Positions 62,609 through 64,000 of a stretch of 64,000 bases of DNA are shown here, one piece after another. The DNA is from Octopus sinensis (lineage: Eukaryota). The stretch is taken from NCBI RefSeq assembly GCF_006345805.1, contig NW_021833268.1, forward strand, positions 13,923 through 77,922, given 5' to 3'. Under the pieces are notes generated by a model. That model saw nothing but the letters and a program-made list of their open reading frames with translations. It was not told where the DNA came from and made no database searches. The position numbers were made by a program, and so were the translations under genes. Each line of letters starts with the position of its first letter. Position 1 is the stretch's first letter.

Positions 62609-64000
62609 CAGTGGCGGCCAAAATGTTCAGAACGGCATTGTTTCGTCAGAAAGTAGATATCATTTTTTATCAAAGTTTGTTTTATTCTTATAATTTTCAC
62701 AGACAATAAATACCAATTATTTGTTATTGCCTGAGATTTTGGTGTAATTTTTGAGAGGATAATACAAAAGTTATAGATGATTTAGTGATTTACTGCAAAA
62801 CCCATGGCGGCCAAATGATCAGAACGGTTGCTTTTACTCCGTAGTTTAGTATATTTAACCGCGAACTCTAATGTTTTGAATTTGTTTACGTGACGGTTCG
62901 TTTACTAACTTAGTAAGAATATTTGCAGTGTACTTTGTTATATAATGCCACTTACTCTTACCATTTCGTCAGCAGATTATTAAGCTTGAAGAAGGATAAT
63001 TTAAATATTGGATCTATTGCAAAGATTTTAACAAGTCAAAAGTGTTGTACACGGTATTCTTAAGGTCTACGATGATTGTGGTTCGTGTGAAGCACGGAAT
63101 TTTACAGGTAGGCCAAGAAAAACGACCAAGAGAGAAGATCGTGCTATGGTAAAGTTTGGTTTAAAAAGGACAGATTTAAAACTGCTGCTGCTGTTTCTCG
63201 GAAAATGAACATTGTATGGAAGAAAACTTTATCTCGACAAAACTGTGTCTCGTCGTTTAGTTGAACATGACCTACAAGCAAGAGCATCTGCAGTGAGCCA
63301 CTGATCAGCTCCAAGAATAAAAAGTGTCATCTTACTTTTGCAACCGAACATGTGTTTATGGTCTCAAGAAGAATGGCAACGGTGCATTTCAGTGATGAAT
63401 CTAAGTGTTATGTTATTTGGCTCCGATGGGAAAAGGTATGTTCGTAGAAAAGTAGGTGAAAAATTGTCGCCTAAATGCCAAGACTAGTGTTAAATTCGTG
63501 GAGGATGTGTCATGGTTTGGGGGATGATATCTGGACATGATGTGGGCCCTTTGGTGCGATTACATGAAAGGTAAATGCAAGAGTTTATAACAACTTGTAA
63601 AAGATCATGTCTTGCCTGTGCTGATAAATTCAACTAAGCGCCACCCATATTCATGCAGACAATCTGCCCCATGTCACAAGGCTAAGGTGGTCAGTGAACT
63701 TCTTTAAGGCTGAAAAGGTCCATTGTTATGGATTTACCTGCTCAAAGCCCAGATCTCAATCCTATTGAATGTATGGAATATTCTAGGAGAACGTTCGAAA
63801 GCCAGAATCCTAAAACAACCGAGCAATTATGGAATGCCCTTCAGAAGAATGGAATAGATCACCCAGCAAGAAATTGAAATTTAATTTCCTCGTGCAGTCG
63901 AAGATGTCAGAGTGTGATTGAAGCTAAAGGGCTTCACACTAAATATTAAATTTTTGTTATTTTTTCAACTGTTCTGATCATTTTGGCCGCCATGGGTTTT
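62609..64000 (+). mobile_element. Tc1-like transposon with IR/DR-type ends, frameshifted transposase at 62945-63949; right IR cut by the window edge
   Basis: Starts in (TA)n with CAGTGGCGGCC; motifs GRPRKTT, FSDESK, VMVWGMIS, AQSPDLNPIE, KGLHTKY*; inner DR at 62803-62827 mirrored at 63969-64000. Confidence 0.92.

Overview
This is eukaryotic, AT-rich, transposon-saturated DNA. The SINE and LINE families look like those of Octopus (inference from recognising the sequence; no search was run). I found no convincing host gene, true tRNA gene, rRNA or CRISPR array, and most short ORFs in the track are microsatellite or SINE read-throughs. Dispersed content: dozens of copies of several tRNA-derived SINE families (informally A, B, C, D, F), RTE-clade LINE copies, and remnants of CR1, R4/Dong-like and two Penelope-like (PLE) elements. 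DNA transposons include Tc1, mariner and Merlin remnants plus hAT-, piggyBac- and foldback-type MITEs. An ~8 kb array of 97-bp units (19893-27927) arose inside a LINE ORF. Best candidate for an undescribed system: SINE family F combines a Pol III tRNA-like head, a (TAA)n linker and a Penelope-type minimal hammerhead ribozyme (38150-38195 and 29510-29555, minus strand). It sits near PLE remnants and a second hammerhead-like family (5656-5691). The second highlight is a C4HC3 PHD-finger insertion inside the RT domain of the RTE LINEs. Boundaries without TSD/TIR support are approximate (about 10-20 bp).
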